Assembly (NCBI GenBank): GCA_900617105.1
Contig: UYFQ01000022.1
Coordinates: 1 to 42,833 of the forward strand
Direction: 5' to 3'
Length of the DNA stretch: 42,833 nt
DNA from: Hydrurus foetidus
Lineage: Eukaryota
Shown: piece by piece, positions 41,569 to 42,833 of the stretch
How positions within the stretch are numbered: position 1 is the first letter of the stretch
How the letters are laid out: every line of letters starts with the position of its first letter
Notes under the pieces: model-generated
The model's input: only the letters and a program-made list of their open reading frames with translations
What the model was told of the DNA's origin: nothing
Database searches by the model: none
Position numbers and translations under genes: made by a program

Positions 41569-42833
41569 CGTTTGAGTGACCCGGTAAGAGGGTCAGAGGG
41601 TGTCGATGGAACAGGTGGTAACGGAGTATTGAACTCCGGAAGCGTAGTGGGAATCGATGCAGAAGGTGAGGCGGAAGAGGATGCTGACGAGGACGAGGTA
41701 GTGTCTTGACGCTTAGTGTCCCCTTGAGCCTGGTCTTTCTGGAATGCGATGCCGCGCTTCCTGGCGTTGTACCGCTGAAGTTCCATGGATGCGTCCGGTG
41801 GTACCCATGGGGATGCGTCTGATGGAGGGACCATGTGACGTGTGACGGCTCCATGTAGGTAGTTGACATAAGAGAGGGCGCATCGAGGGCCACTGATGTT
41901 ATGTGTTGGACAGGACATGTTGTACGGGAGGAAACAGATGGAGTCTTCGACAGAGGATTCTGAATCGCTCTCATAGTTCCGCAAAGTGTATCTTTGGCGT
42001 ATGTTCTGTGGGGCTGTAGATGCTGCGAGGTCCCTGGCGAGAGAGACTGTGCGGTAGTGTGACTCGGTGGGTTCAACAGGATCAGGTCCGACGAAGAGGC
42101 TGTTGGGTGTAACATGAAATGCATCGGGTAGGACATGCTGGATTACGACTCGAATAGCTTGGATGAATGACTCGTTCGATCCAGTTCGTGTCATAAGACC
42201 GTCAACGTGCGCATCAACTTCCGTGAGCATGAGTATGCGAAGTGTGGGAAGGTTGTGCCAGGAGTTGCCGGGTGCATTGGCATATCGGGCAAGCTGTGCT
42301 GCGACCCAGGAGGCACAGTCATAGATGAGGACACTTTCAAATATCGCCATGTGGTCTGGACTGATCTGGTCGTCGAGGTACAGAGCAGTGTGGACGAGGA
42401 AGTAAAAGAAAATGTTCCCGACTGTGGACTGATAGGTGGTGATGTCTTCAATCAAGGTTGGATTGAAGGTGCGGTAGTGCCCTGGGTCATACTCAAGATT
42501 GGGTGGAGTCGGCGGCTCAGTGTTGGCGAGCAGCAGGTTGCGAGCAATCTTGTGGATGAGGTTCATATACCGAGAGTATCCGTCTCTGACATCAGCGCGG
42601 CAGTTGCTGAGGGTGGTTGGGGATACCCAGCCGAAAATAGCGAGGTATATATGAGGCGCCGGTGTAGGGGATCCAGGCAAGGCGGGACGGTTCACATAGA
42701 TGATGAAGTCATTTGCTGAGAGGGGCTGCTGATGAATGCGGTGGTGGACCACAGTGTAGTACTGAAGGATATACGTGGAGCATTGTCGGCAGATACCCTG
42801 GAAGACAGTGGAGGAGGTGACTTCGTCATTGGT
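41205..42833 (-). CDS. Gag-like ORF of the second Copia (5' truncated)
   Basis: Frame is open from the window edge (TNDEVTSS...) and overlaps the protease ORF in a different frame. Gag call is positional. Confidence 0.55.
   Translation of the reverse strand, partial: TNDEVTSSTVFQGICRQCSTYILQYYTVVHHRIHQQPLSANDFIIYVNRPALPGSPTPAPHIYLAIFGWVSPTTLSNCRADVRDGYSRYMNLIHKIARNLLLANTEPPTPPNLEYDPGHYRTFNPTLIEDITTYQSTVGNIFFYFLVHTALYLDDQISPDHMAIFESVLIYDCASWVAAQLARYANAPGNSWHNLPTLRILMLTEVDAHVDGLMTRTGSNESFIQAIRVVIQHVLPDAFHVTPNSLFVGPDPVEPTESHYRTVSLARDLAASTAPQNIRQRYTLRNYESDSESSVEDSICFLPYNMSCPTHNISGPRCALSYVNYLHGAVTRHMVPPSDASPWVPPDASMELQRYNARKRGIAFQKDQAQGDTKRQDTTSSSSASSSASPSASIPTTLPEFNTPLPPVPSTPSDPLTGSLKRWQAAQPLASDSPFTMPRAQRHRMTPPVGSQRSTNVRHAFNSTRPPLASARPPAPSGGTSDSSSTHSSSSPNMRDSTRSTSPTRSSSTLVLHALAPAAPNVLPALNLSAHPSQSPLHSVRP

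Larger units (their letters stand above)
37353..42833 (-). mobile_element. Second Ty1/Copia LTR retrotransposon (5' end beyond window)
   Basis: Minus-strand gag-like, PR, IN, RT and RH regions, followed by PPT ACGGGGAG and a TG-starting LTR. Confidence 0.88.

Overview
Eukaryotic DNA with GT-AG introns and the standard code. The lineage is probably a protist such as a stramenopile, but that is inference only. The window is almost entirely nested transposable elements around a small island of two host-like genes. Left to right: (1) the 3' end of a PIF/Harbinger transposase plus a convergent, frameshifted accessory gene; (2) a 1.45-kb foldback element and two MITEs; (3) a 28.9-kb span bounded by perfect 38-bp inverted repeats (4866-33814). 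This span holds a full-length chromodomain Gypsy element, an isolated related LTR, two P-like short-TIR elements, a decayed multi-exon DDE transposase gene (probably the outer element's own), and a young Copia element whose 3' LTR is interrupted by an intact Tc1/IS630-like element with a very long D-to-E spacing; (4) a DOT1-like SAM-methyltransferase gene and a convergent FBXO31-like F-box gene; (5) a second Copia element on the minus strand running off the window. Most notable is the first Copia element. Its gag and pol are in frame and separated by a single TGA-CTAG readthrough-type stop. It has no tRNA-type PBS, but the sequence after the 5' LTR is complementary to its own LTR (possible self-priming). 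It also lacks a polypurine tract and carries an in-frame (CACCAA)n linker.
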